From IMG/VR virus record IMGVR_UViG_3300006046_000010, positions 1 to 46,134 of that record: 46,134 nucleotides of DNA, one strand, 5' to 3'. Position numbers and translations under genes: made by a program. Source of the stretch: a virus. Lineage: Duplodnaviria > Caudoviricetes. The notes under the pieces are model-generated. The model did no database searches, had not been told where the DNA came from, and saw only the letters and a list, made by a program, of their open reading frames with translations. This document shows, one piece after another, positions 25,678 to 33,815 of the stretch (positions are counted from its first letter, which is position 1; each line of letters opens with the position of its first letter).

Positions 25678-26888
25678 TAAGTAGAGAGGACGCCGCGAAT
25701 CAAACGGTTCGCGTGAAGGTGAAGGATGCCAACCGGCTCGGACTGTTTGTTTGCAGTTCGATCGCTGTGGGGGCCGGCATGGCGGGGGAATTCTTGGACG
25801 ACGGTCAGGGGGCCGTCGTCCCTCTCGCCAACATGATCGAGGTCGTGGATAAGGTGAAGGCAGTCCAAGAGGCGCGTCAATGGAAGGAGGAGAAAAATAA
25901 GGCGCGGATCAAGGAGGTTGTGAAGAGTGTCGAGAATAGCCAGGAGGAGTTCTCGGGCACGATCATCCTGCATGTTGGATTCTCGGGTAGCCTGCCGAAG
26001 ACGAAGGCGCTCACCAAGGAGGAGAGGAAGATCTTCTCTGACTGGGCTGAGAAGCTGATCGCCAGGGAGACTGACGAGGACAGGATTAAGGCCATCAAAC
26101 AAATGCTGTCGAGCAACATGAAGCACGGCAAGACGCTCTTCACGAGTGACGAGTATGACGCGATCGAGGGGTTCAAGCAGAAGCGGAGGCAGGAGTTCGC
26201 GAATCTGGGCATCCCCTTCCCGCTGGGCGACTCCATGTATCTGATTCGTATTGCCAATATCCCGAAGGCTGAGGAGTTGGCGGCGAAGACGGAGCGTGAG
26301 CTGCAGGCGGTCGTGGAGCGCTTCAGTGAGGTCTACCCTTCGCAGATCACGAAGGAGGTGGTGGACTTAGGCCCGCTCTACAATGCGGGCGACTACAAGG
26401 CTCCTGAGGCCATCCCTGGCCTGTTTAAGTTCAAGACCAAGTGGATGCACTTCGGGACCCCCGAGATCCTGAAGGAAATCGATGCGGTGATGTGGGAGCG
26501 AGAGCGTGCCCGCACCGCGGCGGTCTGGCAGGAGGCGAAGGCGCAAGGGTTGATCCTGCTGCGGGAGACGATGGCGGAGATGGTGAAGCGGCTCGTGGAT
26601 GCCGTGACGCCTGACTCTGAGGGCAAGAAGAAGCGCTTCTACGCCACGGCCGTTACGAACCTGACCGACTTCTTTGAAGCGTTCGAGGATCGCAATATGG
26701 CCGGGGACGAGGAGCTGGCGGCACAGGTCGCCAAACTGAAGGAGTTGGTCGAGGGCAAAGATATCGATGCCTTCAAGACTGACGACAAACTGCGGGCGTT
26801 CGTGAAGAACGAGGGGTCGAAGATCCAGGAGTCCCTGGTCTCGATGCTCGTTCAGAGTGGCGCCCGCGCAATAACGTTCGACGATTAG
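25674..26888 (+). CDS. DUF3150-like helical protein
   Basis: 404 aa; YLI..A..L, YP...LGPLYNAGDY, F.F pattern; usual neighbour of this AAA cluster; ends RAITFDD. Confidence 0.6.
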   Translation: MISREDAANQTVRVKVKDANRLGLFVCSSIAVGAGMAGEFLDDGQGAVVPLANMIEVVDKVKAVQEARQWKEEKNKARIKEVVKSVENSQEEFSGTIILHVGFSGSLPKTKALTKEERKIFSDWAEKLIARETDEDRIKAIKQMLSSNMKHGKTLFTSDEYDAIEGFKQKRRQEFANLGIPFPLGDSMYLIRIANIPKAEELAAKTERELQAVVERFSEVYPSQITKEVVDLGPLYNAGDYKAPEAIPGLFKFKTKWMHFGTPEILKEIDAVMWERERARTAAVWQEAKAQGLILLRETMAEMVKRLVDAVTPDSEGKKKRFYATAVTNLTDFFEAFEDRNMAGDEELAAQVAKLKELVEGKDIDAFKTDDKLRAFVKNEGSKIQESLVSMLVQSGARAITFDD

Positions 26889-26898
26889 AAAGGGAACC

Positions 26899-27105
26899 AT
26901 GGGAGAAATGACGAAGACGAAAGCTAAGCCTCTCCGGCGCAGGAAGCGCCGTGGGAGCATGAGCGGTATGAGTGAGCCTGAGAAGATCATCAGGGCAGTT
27001 CAGAGCGCGGCTGCGGCCGTGACGATTGCCTACAAGGTCATCAAGCCACACATCCACAAACTGAAACGTAAGATGAAAAACAAGAAAGGACCTGTAACAA
27101 AGTGA
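26899..27105 (+). CDS. Small very basic protein
   Basis: 68 aa; K/R clusters flanking an Ala-rich helix; AAGGGA SD. Confidence 0.65.
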   Translation: MGEMTKTKAKPLRRRKRRGSMSGMSEPEKIIRAVQSAAAAVTIAYKVIKPHIHKLKRKMKNKKGPVTK

Positions 27106-27485
27106 GTAAAATACTGAACATCGATCAAATGCTGAATGCGGCGGAGGACGCCGGACTGCCAAGCTTCCAACTGCGGACGCGGCAGGCGGAGATGGTGGCG
27201 GAGTCCCTCGGGCGTGACCTGGCTGAATTCCTGGACATAAAGGCCGGTCGCGCTGAGTGGGCCTTTGGGATATTGGCCGTGGACTTCGATCCCAAGTATC
27301 GCAGTCAGGAGTGCCCCCTCGTGATACACAAGGGCGACCCCGGCGGGGACTGGGACGCTCCCCACGAGGACATTCCGGGAGAGCCTCTGGTCTTGCGGAG
27401 ACCCAAGAACAAGAAGAGGCGGCGGCCATTCATGGTATGGCTCAAGTCCCACTTCTTGAGCAAGGAGGTCAAAGAAGCCTTATGA
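27102..27485 (+). CDS. Hypothetical protein
   Basis: 127 aa; GTGA overlap; AAAGGA SD. Confidence 0.7.
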   Translation: MSKILNIDQMLNAAEDAGLPSFQLRTRQAEMVAESLGRDLAEFLDIKAGRAEWAFGILAVDFDPKYRSQECPLVIHKGDPGGDWDAPHEDIPGEPLVLRRPKNKKRRRPFMVWLKSHFLSKEVKEAL

Positions 27486-27865
27486 CCGTCATGAAGACAC
27501 CAGATGACCTGGATGTGTTCGGGCCGGATCAAATCGATATCACGCGCCACCTGGAGGCTGGAGGCAAGGATAAGCGGGATAGGTTGGTGTTGTTCGCGGC
27601 CAAGACGCAGAACGACATCGATGCGTTTCGCACGCTACGCGGGCTGTCCCTGCCGGACTGGCAGCGTGCTGCCTACGAGGCTCACCAGATGGCCAAGAGC
27701 GATCCTGATAACAGCTCCCTCAAGCTGATAGCCACAGCCGCGTGGAACATGGTTCGTTACCTCCAGGAGGCGACCGCCTACTCGGAGATGTTCGTTAAGG
27801 ACCCCGCCTTCATTGAGCAGACGACACGGGCCGGTATTAAGTTGCCGGAGATCGCAGAGGATTAG
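27482..27865 (+). CDS. Hypothetical helical protein (MTVMKTPDD...)
   Basis: ATGA overlap; AGGAGG upstream; last gene of the + operon. Confidence 0.75.
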   Translation: MTVMKTPDDLDVFGPDQIDITRHLEAGGKDKRDRLVLFAAKTQNDIDAFRTLRGLSLPDWQRAAYEAHQMAKSDPDNSSLKLIATAAWNMVRYLQEATAYSEMFVKDPAFIEQTTRAGIKLPEIAED

Positions 27866-27871
27866 AAGCAG

Positions 27872-27902
27872 ATGGGCGCGAGGTTCAACCCCTCGCGCCC
27901 AT
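27872..27902 (+). terminator. 12-bp hairpin between convergent operons (terminator or T-loop minihelix)
   Basis: ATGGGCGCGAGG-TTCAACC-CCTCGCGCCCAT; no clear U-tract. Confidence 0.5.
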
Positions 27903-28015
27903 GTCCCGTTGCTCTCGGATAGCCGACGCCTTCAACGGTTGAGGCGCTAGAAAGGAGGATTAACAAAGAAACCTCATTCCGGCAACGCTCCGTGGAGTTA
28001 CGTCTCATGTCCGCA

Positions 28016-29185
28016 TTACGGCACAATAATGCGGCCGCTGTTTTGTTTTGGCAACTGTATAATCGGTGAGACAAGCTTGAGAGCTTCCTCGACCACCTGT
28101 TCGGGTGGTATCGCTGCTAGGGCCACGCAGTAGCCTTTGTCGGTGCAGGGCATACCGGCAGGGAATTGATCAGATCGCTCGGCATGGAAGAAACAGGGTG
28201 AGCATGGTGCCTCCCCGAAGAGTCCCTTGCCGTTCTTGCCGCTGCCGCGTAGCTGTGGCGGTATCGGGCCGTAGAGGCCGATGTAGGGCACTTCGAGGGC
28301 CGCGGCGACGTGGACCATGGCCGAGTCAGGTGAGATGATGCAGTCGCAGGACTTGGCTAACGCCGCACTCCTTCTGAAGGTGGCGTCGAATGACGGATCG
28401 GTCAGATTCGTTAGGCCGGGAGGCAGGTCGCCCTTCATGGTTAACTGCCCTTTGGTTCCAAAGAGGAAAACTTCAATGTCGTGATCCATGAGCAGCTTAA
28501 TGACCTTCTCGGTGTGCGGGTAGGTCCGGTAGAGGGCGGAAGCCATGTATTGAAGGCCGACGCGCTTCTTGGCGGTCCTGGGGAACGTAGCCTCTCTCCA
28601 CAGCTCCTCCTCCTCACTGATAATGAAGTCGGGCTTGTGGTTGCCGTCGAGATCGAGCCCGAGCTTGTTGGCGAAGTGCTGAGCGATGTGAACCTTCTCG
28701 GCCCCTGGGTGTCCCTCGATCCAATCCTCGAATGCTACCAGGATCGTGACGGACTCGTTGGGGCCGGCGAGGAGCTTGTCGTAATCCATTGGGATTGATT
28801 CCTCGATTACCCCCAGTCCGTTGAAGAGACCCTTGTGGGATTCCCCCATGGCGACATGGACAATACAGCGCGGCCAACGCTTTTTGAGTTCTCGGATTGT
28901 CGGGGTCAGCATCAGGAGATCGCCCCACCCTCCAGCACGCATGAGCCAGATGTGGGCTCCGTTCCAGTCGAGCTTGGGGTTGAACTCCTGCTCCACGAAA
29001 TGATCAACTTTGATTAAGGACCGCAGGCTCCATGCCTCCTCGTCGATTACCACCCTCCAGGGCGTGAGCATCAGGGCGCCAGCGAAGGCGTTGGTGCAGA
29101 TGTATTCCTTGCCAGCTTCGAGCGGCTGCCCGCCAGCGACAGGGATGGGTTCCGAGATTCCTTCAGGTATCGTGAGAATGTGCAT
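28016..29185 (-). CDS. Glycosyltransferase family 9 (heptosyltransferase-like)
   Basis: RAGGWGDLLMLTP, SPDSAMVHVAAAL.VP..GLYGP, PCSPC motifs; start at MHILT after AAGGAAG. Confidence 0.9.
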   Translation of the reverse strand: MHILTIPEGISEPIPVAGGQPLEAGKEYICTNAFAGALMLTPWRVVIDEEAWSLRSLIKVDHFVEQEFNPKLDWNGAHIWLMRAGGWGDLLMLTPTIRELKKRWPRCIVHVAMGESHKGLFNGLGVIEESIPMDYDKLLAGPNESVTILVAFEDWIEGHPGAEKVHIAQHFANKLGLDLDGNHKPDFIISEEEELWREATFPRTAKKRVGLQYMASALYRTYPHTEKVIKLLMDHDIEVFLFGTKGQLTMKGDLPPGLTNLTDPSFDATFRRSAALAKSCDCIISPDSAMVHVAAALEVPYIGLYGPIPPQLRGSGKNGKGLFGEAPCSPCFFHAERSDQFPAGMPCTDKGYCVALAAIPPEQVVEEALKLVSPIIQLPKQNSGRIIVP

Positions 29186-29558
29186 GTGGCTTCCTTGATT
29201 TGATCGCTGCGTCGATGGCGGCGGCCATGACTTTGTGTTTTCCGTTTTCGTAATACTGGTGGCAGGCGGCGCAGCCCCGAGCGGCCTCGCGCCAATCCTT
29301 TGCTGTGACAATGAACCGACTCTTTACTTTGTGGCACCACTGGAGCATTCGATTGCCGATACAGACCCCTGGCACCCGAAGCTCACAGACCTTCGTAACT
29401 TCCGGCCCGAGCTTGTTCATGTCTCGGTTCGCGGCCGCCCGCTCCTTGGTGCGTTTACCGATCGGGAAGCCTTTGCCGTTCCCGCTGCGGGCCGGGAACT
29501 CCCTCTTCGGCTTGAAGAAGGAGTCCTCCGACCGAGGCTTAATCATGCTGCCGCCCAT
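29163..29558 (-). CDS. Zn-binding HNH/NinG-like nuclease
   Basis: CELRVPGVC..WCH..GCAACH motif. Confidence 0.6.
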   Translation of the reverse strand: MGGSMIKPRSEDSFFKPKREFPARSGNGKGFPIGKRTKERAAANRDMNKLGPEVTKVCELRVPGVCIGNRMLQWCHKVKSRFIVTAKDWREAARGCAACHQYYENGKHKVMAAAIDAAIKSRKPHAHSHDT

Positions 29559-29566
29559 AGCGGGCC

Positions 29567-30481
29567 TTACACTGCGGCTTTCTTCTCGACCGAGATCACC
29601 CAGTCGTCGATCAGCAGCGTGAACGTGCCGCCCTGAGCGGTGGCGCGGTCAGTGAGCTGGCGGATGTTGTGGGCGTAGGTGAGGCTGACGGACTTGTAGC
29701 CAAGCGCGTCTTTCAGCTTCCAGCCGGCTTCAATGAACGGTTTGACCCGCTTCATCTCTTCCTCTTCCAGGCCGGACAACTGCAGGATGTGCTTGGGCTG
29801 CAGGTGAGTGTTTGACTCGGCTGCCTTGAGCGTCCAGCCGGCTCCGAGCACATTGTCGATGCGGGCGACCGCTTCCTCGTGCTCCTTGGTCTTGGCGTCT
29901 TCGGCTGCCTTCTTTTTATCCACGTCCTGTGTCGCGGCGTGCAGCTTCTTTTTGCCAGCCTTGATATCTTCGGCTGCGGCTGGGTCAGCCTTCTTGACCT
30001 TACGCGCAGAGGCTACCGATCGGGCGCTGACGCCAACCTTCTTGGCAGCGGCAGCAACTTTGTCGCCCTTCTTTTTCTTGGGCGCTGGCTGTGAATTTGC
30101 AGCCGCGGCTTCCTTCTCGGCCTTTTCGGCTTGCTCCATCTTCTCCACGAGTTCAGCGCCCAGGGTGGCCAACTGGCTCGGGGTGAGGTTTCGACGACTC
30201 AGGTTTTCCTGAATCACGTAGTCGATGGCGTCGCCAGGGAAGTTGAGGTCCTCGAAGTTTTTGAACTCCGGCTCCTTCTTCACTGCCTTGGCGGCGGTGT
30301 ATCGGTTGTTGCCCTCAAGGATCTGGCCCTCGAAGAGGATGACGGGGTGACGCTTGTCATACCCGTTCTGCTTCATGCCGGTCTTCAGCCGGTCGTATTC
30401 TTCGTCCCCCATTGGTGGGAACATCGCGCCCAGTGGGTGCGGTTCGAGTTTCTTCAGGTTCAGCTTCGGTGTCGGTTTCAT
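29567..30481 (-). CDS. ParB/Srx N-terminal domain protein with HTH
   Basis: HP..FPPM..EY..L, PVILFEGQILEGNNRY, ENLSRRNLT.SQ; AAKKVGVSARSV HTH. Confidence 0.8.
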   Translation of the reverse strand: MKPTPKLNLKKLEPHPLGAMFPPMGDEEYDRLKTGMKQNGYDKRHPVILFEGQILEGNNRYTAAKAVKKEPEFKNFEDLNFPGDAIDYVIQENLSRRNLTPSQLATLGAELVEKMEQAEKAEKEAAAANSQPAPKKKKGDKVAAAAKKVGVSARSVASARKVKKADPAAAEDIKAGKKKLHAATQDVDKKKAAEDAKTKEHEEAVARIDNVLGAGWTLKAAESNTHLQPKHILQLSGLEEEEMKRVKPFIEAGWKLKDALGYKSVSLTYAHNIRQLTDRATAQGGTFTLLIDDWVISVEKKAAV

Positions 30482-31053
30482 AGGTTCAGTTTCTCTCCTT
30501 CGAGTTTGATCGCGGCGTCCAGAAGGAGCAGGGCGTCGCAGGTTTTTAGCGTTACGTTTTGCTGGGGGAAACGCCTCTGCGCCTCCTCCTTGAGCTTATT
30601 CTTCCAATCTCTCTTGGCTTTGGCGTTATGCACCTTCGCGGCGGAAAGCGCAACCTTATTTTCAAGGCGCCAGTGATTTTTCTGGGCGACGGTCAGGCCC
30701 TTGGGCATCCGAGGCGGGGAGACGCGCTCGCTGTTACCGAGGCCAAGTTCCTTCTGCCATGAGCGCGGGATGATCTCGATGATGCGAATGCCGCTCATTT
30801 CACAGATGCAGCCGACGCGCTCGACCCTGCGGCCGTATTCAAACATCATGGATGCTCCGCCGTCTGGAATGAATGGGGCTACCTTCTCGATGTAGGCAAC
30901 GGGGTCTACACCTTCCGCTACGGCCTTCTGGATGAGTGAGATCGTATCTCCGCGGGTGGAGGGCATCGCCTCAACAAAGACGCCTTGGCGGTTGCTCCAG
31001 GCGATCGCGCCGCTGCCTCCCGGATCGACTGCGATGAAGGTTCTATGCGTCAT
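30478..31053 (-). CDS. RuvC-like Holliday junction resolvase
   Basis: IAVDPGGSGAIA, YIEKV, F.YG, P.SWQK, A.RRFP, DALLL. Confidence 0.85.
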   Translation of the reverse strand: MTHRTFIAVDPGGSGAIAWSNRQGVFVEAMPSTRGDTISLIQKAVAEGVDPVAYIEKVAPFIPDGGASMMFEYGRRVERVGCICEMSGIRIIEIIPRSWQKELGLGNSERVSPPRMPKGLTVAQKNHWRLENKVALSAAKVHNAKAKRDWKNKLKEEAQRRFPQQNVTLKTCDALLLLDAAIKLEGEKLNL

Positions 31054-31321
31054 TGGGCATTACCGCGAGAAGTTCACTTTCCTTCATGACGATGATCTTG
31101 CCACCATGGAAGTCCACGTCCGTTCTGAGATGGCCGGGCATGAGCACCTTGTCGCCCACCTTGACGGTGAACTCGAAGCCTGGCTTGCCGGTCCCGAGGG
31201 CGCAGACGCGAACCCAGTTCGAGTTGTTGCGCACGGTCTCAGGGATGTAGATCTCCCCGATCTTGGGTTCCTGCGGGATACGCTCCAGCGCAACCCTGTC
31301 TCCGATTGGTGTGATAGTCAT
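31043..31321 (-). CDS. groES: GroES/Cpn10 co-chaperonin
   Basis: PIGDRV, GEIYIPET, VCALGTG, VKVGDKVL, MKESELLAV; ATGA overlap. Confidence 0.9.
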   Translation of the reverse strand: MTITPIGDRVALERIPQEPKIGEIYIPETVRNNSNWVRVCALGTGKPGFEFTVKVGDKVLMPGHLRTDVDFHGGKIIVMKESELLAVMPNDA

Positions 31322-31875
31322 GGTCGTGAATAGATGAAGGTTTCTGATGTTGGTCCGGTTGAAAATCGTTCGACATATCCATTGTCTTTGAGCCAGCCGA
31401 AGATCTCGGCGTGACGAGGGTGGCCGGTCCAGACTTCCACCGAGAGAAGCATGGGGCGGCTCTTCATGTTGCGCAGGACTGCCCACTCCTGGCCCTCGCA
31501 GTCGAGGTTCATGACATCGATCCTGCCATCATCGAGTGAGCTGAAGTTTACGACTGGCACTTCCACGGCCGGCAGATGGCCGGCTGGAGTTGGCGCCCAG
31601 GTGCCACTCAGGTATGAGGAGCCGCCGTTGTCTACGATCGTAGCGATCCCCGTCTTTTCTCCTACGGCAACGCGGTGGACGTGGACCCCGAAGGCTTTCT
31701 CTGCTGCGTCGGCTTGGCGGGCGATTGGCTCGATCAGCAGGAAGCGGTCGCAGTAGCCCATGAATCCCTTGGCGATCGAGATGTCGAGTGGGCCTACGCC
31801 GCACTCGCAGACGGTCCTGGGCCGCAGCCCCATCTGCTTGCACATCCAAGCCATGTCGAAGATCCACTTGCTCAC
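31318..31875 (-). CDS. FkbM-family SAM methyltransferase
   Basis: ECGVG, LIEP, VAVG, IDVMNLDCEGQEWAVL, VEV motifs. Confidence 0.85.
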   Translation of the reverse strand: MSKWIFDMAWMCKQMGLRPRTVCECGVGPLDISIAKGFMGYCDRFLLIEPIARQADAAEKAFGVHVHRVAVGEKTGIATIVDNGGSSYLSGTWAPTPAGHLPAVEVPVVNFSSLDDGRIDVMNLDCEGQEWAVLRNMKSRPMLLSVEVWTGHPRHAEIFGWLKDNGYVERFSTGPTSETFIYSRP

Positions 31876-32336
31876 AGGGGTTCGCCCAGGTTTGGGTTGG
31901 TTACTTGCTTGTGGCGCTCAGCGTGGGCGGCGACGGCCGCATCGATTCGCTCCTTATCGAAGTGCTCGTAGCACACGGCACATTTGTAGGTCTCCACCTC
32001 CTGCATCTTCTCGTAGCCTGGGATTCGGACCTTGACGTGTGAGGGGTAGTGGAAGGTAAGGGCTTTGCAGCCACAGAGGAATCTGTAGCCCTCTCCTTTG
32101 GGCCACGCGGCCTGAGCCTTGGCGTCGCGCTTGCGCTCCTTCTTGTTGAGGATACGTGGGGCGGTGCGGACGACTGAGCCGTTCTTCTTCAGCGCATACT
32201 CCGGCCGCCCCTCGATGGGGCCGGTGCGGAAGCGGATCATACCATCCCGTGGGTCATACTCCTTCGGGAGGATGGACTGTTCCACGAACCTTTCGGGACG
32301 TGGAACAGTCACAAGGCTGTTGGTGATGCCGTTCAC
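31872..32336 (-). CDS. Hypothetical protein with Cys/His Zn ligands
   Basis: 154 aa; CGC, CAVC..H..H; GTGA overlaps. Confidence 0.7.
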   Translation of the reverse strand: MNGITNSLVTVPRPERFVEQSILPKEYDPRDGMIRFRTGPIEGRPEYALKKNGSVVRTAPRILNKKERKRDAKAQAAWPKGEGYRFLCGCKALTFHYPSHVKVRIPGYEKMQEVETYKCAVCYEHFDKERIDAAVAAHAERHKQVTNPNLGEPL

Positions 32337-32638
32337 TCTGGCTCCGTGGCTTCGCGGACGCTGAGCTTCGGCTTACCTGGCTCCAGGGTGACGATCTCGC
32401 CTCCGTGAGTGTAGGAGATTTTGCCGTCGCCGTTGACGCCGATCTCTTCCTGGTGCGCGAGCATCAGCTCGATCACGATCGTCTTGTGAGCCTTCTCCTT
32501 TGGAGTCTCGATCATCCGCTTGTCTCGGGCGACGACGTATTGGTCGATCGCCTTATCGAGTTCGGGGATCTTGACGGGGGCTACTCCTGGGCCTGACATG
32601 CCCTCCAGGTCGGGTGTCTTGTCTTTCTTTTTTGCCAT
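32333..32638 (-). CDS. Hypothetical phage protein (MAKKKDK...)
   Basis: 101 aa; fits the operon packing. Confidence 0.7.
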   Translation of the reverse strand: MAKKKDKTPDLEGMSGPGVAPVKIPELDKAIDQYVVARDKRMIETPKEKAHKTIVIELMLAHQEEIGVNGDGKISYTHGGEIVTLEPGKPKLSVREATEPE

Positions 32639-32642
32639 AGGG

Positions 32643-32924
32643 TTAAGCTGCCGGTGCGGCGGGTTCGGGTTCCTCTTCGTCGATGCCCTTAGGGACATCG
32701 GCGATCTTCTTGTTAGGCCACTGGTCCATGAGTCTTGCATGGGCCTCGGCCAGAGCGACGGCGTGTTCGTCGTGCCCTGCGATTTGCTTGTTCCGCCTTA
32801 CCCAGTCGCGAACGACGGATGCTGCGGTTTGATCCTGGGCTCGGAGAAGGAAGACGGGTTCGCCTTCAGGGATCTTCCCGGTCGGGTCCTGGATGTGGTT
32901 GTAGTCGAGTCGTGCGTGTATCAT
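32643..32924 (-). CDS. Conserved small phage protein (EPVFLLRAQD motif)
   Basis: 93 aa; motif recalled from many phage hypothetical proteins; AACCGAACCGAA leader. Confidence 0.75.
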   Translation of the reverse strand: MIHARLDYNHIQDPTGKIPEGEPVFLLRAQDQTAASVVRDWVRRNKQIAGHDEHAVALAEAHARLMDQWPNKKIADVPKGIDEEEPEPAAPAA

Positions 32925-33261
32925 TTCGGTTCGGTTTCCTCAGGTTGGTTTCAGTTCGGATGTAAGGGTCAAAAATCTGGTCTAGGACATGGTTGCGAAC
33001 ACGCCGGAGATGCTTGCAGCGAAATACGTCATACTTCTTGCGAACCTCTTTCCATCTCGGGAACCTGCGGGAAGTGAAGTCCCAGCAGTCGCATTGGCCA
33101 AGGCCGCCGAGGGAGAGAACGTCCAGGGTGTATTTCTTGCCAGGCTCGGACTCAGAGGAGCATTCATACATGCCACGGCCGATGCGGACCACTCGCATAC
33201 CCTCAAGCGTGCGCTCCTCGATTTCATGTCCAGGAGACTTCGGTTTTGATTGCGCAGCCAT
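32866..33261 (-). CDS. SWIM zinc-finger protein
   Basis: S.SEPGKKY.L...CDC.DF...CKH; start at MAAQSK. Confidence 0.75.
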   Translation of the reverse strand: MAAQSKPKSPGHEIEERTLEGMRVVRIGRGMYECSSESEPGKKYTLDVLSLGGLGQCDCWDFTSRRFPRWKEVRKKYDVFRCKHLRRVRNHVLDQIFDPYIRTETNLRKPNRNDTRTTRLQPHPGPDREDP

Positions 33262-33760
33262 CGGCCATTCCTGCTGCGTGAACGAGCGTTCTGATCGCCT
33301 CTTCGAGGTCGGGATCGGAGCACGGGGTCCGCAGATACTTGTTGATTTCGATTGTGACGAGAGCTTTCGCTGGCTCGGAGGTTTCCAGGTGCCAGTCGGG
33401 TGCCTGCTCGTTGAAGCAGGTTTGGAGCAGGCGCTCCAGCATTGTGGTGAACTTGCTGCGGTTCCAGCTTGCGTTGGGCTTGAAGGGTGCAGCCCTCTGG
33501 TCCGAGCTTGGGTCCTTCGGCTCAAGGAGGTTGATGTCCACCGTCTTCATGATCTGGGCCAGCCCGGCATACCAGAAGATCGATTTGAGCGCCCAGATCA
33601 CAATGCCCGCCTTCCCGATGAATCTTCCCTGGTCACGAGCGTTGACCTGGATCGTAAAGGTGGCCGTCTCTTCGTTCCACTGGATGAGTGGATCTGTGGT
33701 CTTGCGACCCACGCAGGCGATGATAGAGCGCAGGAGCGCTTCAAGTTTCGGATTCGGCAT
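33224..33760 (-). CDS. KH-domain RNA-binding protein (KhpA-like, with degenerate second repeat)
   Basis: IQVNARDQGRFIGKAG..IWAL matches the KhpA D.G.VIGK.G..I.A signature. Confidence 0.8.
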   Translation of the reverse strand: MPNPKLEALLRSIIACVGRKTTDPLIQWNEETATFTIQVNARDQGRFIGKAGIVIWALKSIFWYAGLAQIMKTVDINLLEPKDPSSDQRAAPFKPNASWNRSKFTTMLERLLQTCFNEQAPDWHLETSEPAKALVTIEINKYLRTPCSDPDLEEAIRTLVHAAGMADGCAIKTEVSWT

Positions 33761-33784
33761 ACACTCAGTTCGGTAAAGTTTGGA

Positions 33785-33810
33785 TTACCTGACTGAGTTA
33801 ATGGTGTCAA
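33785..33810 (-). promoter_or_regulatory. Putative promoter TTGACA-N13-CAGGTAA upstream of the KH gene
   Basis: Intergenic; similar to 36214..36240. Confidence 0.4.
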
Positions 33811-33815
33811 GTGAA

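Noticed and set aside
27866-27910. tRNA gene or attP tRNA fragment
   Set aside because: Only a T-loop hairpin; no D or anticodon arms, no CCA, and no integrase in the window
28016-29311. Upstream in-frame starts given by the track (also 18572, 23239, 27257, 31486, 33525, 38921, 41899, 44943)
   Set aside because: Most extensions overlap neighbouring genes; downstream ATGs with SD, leader motif or stop-start overlap fit better
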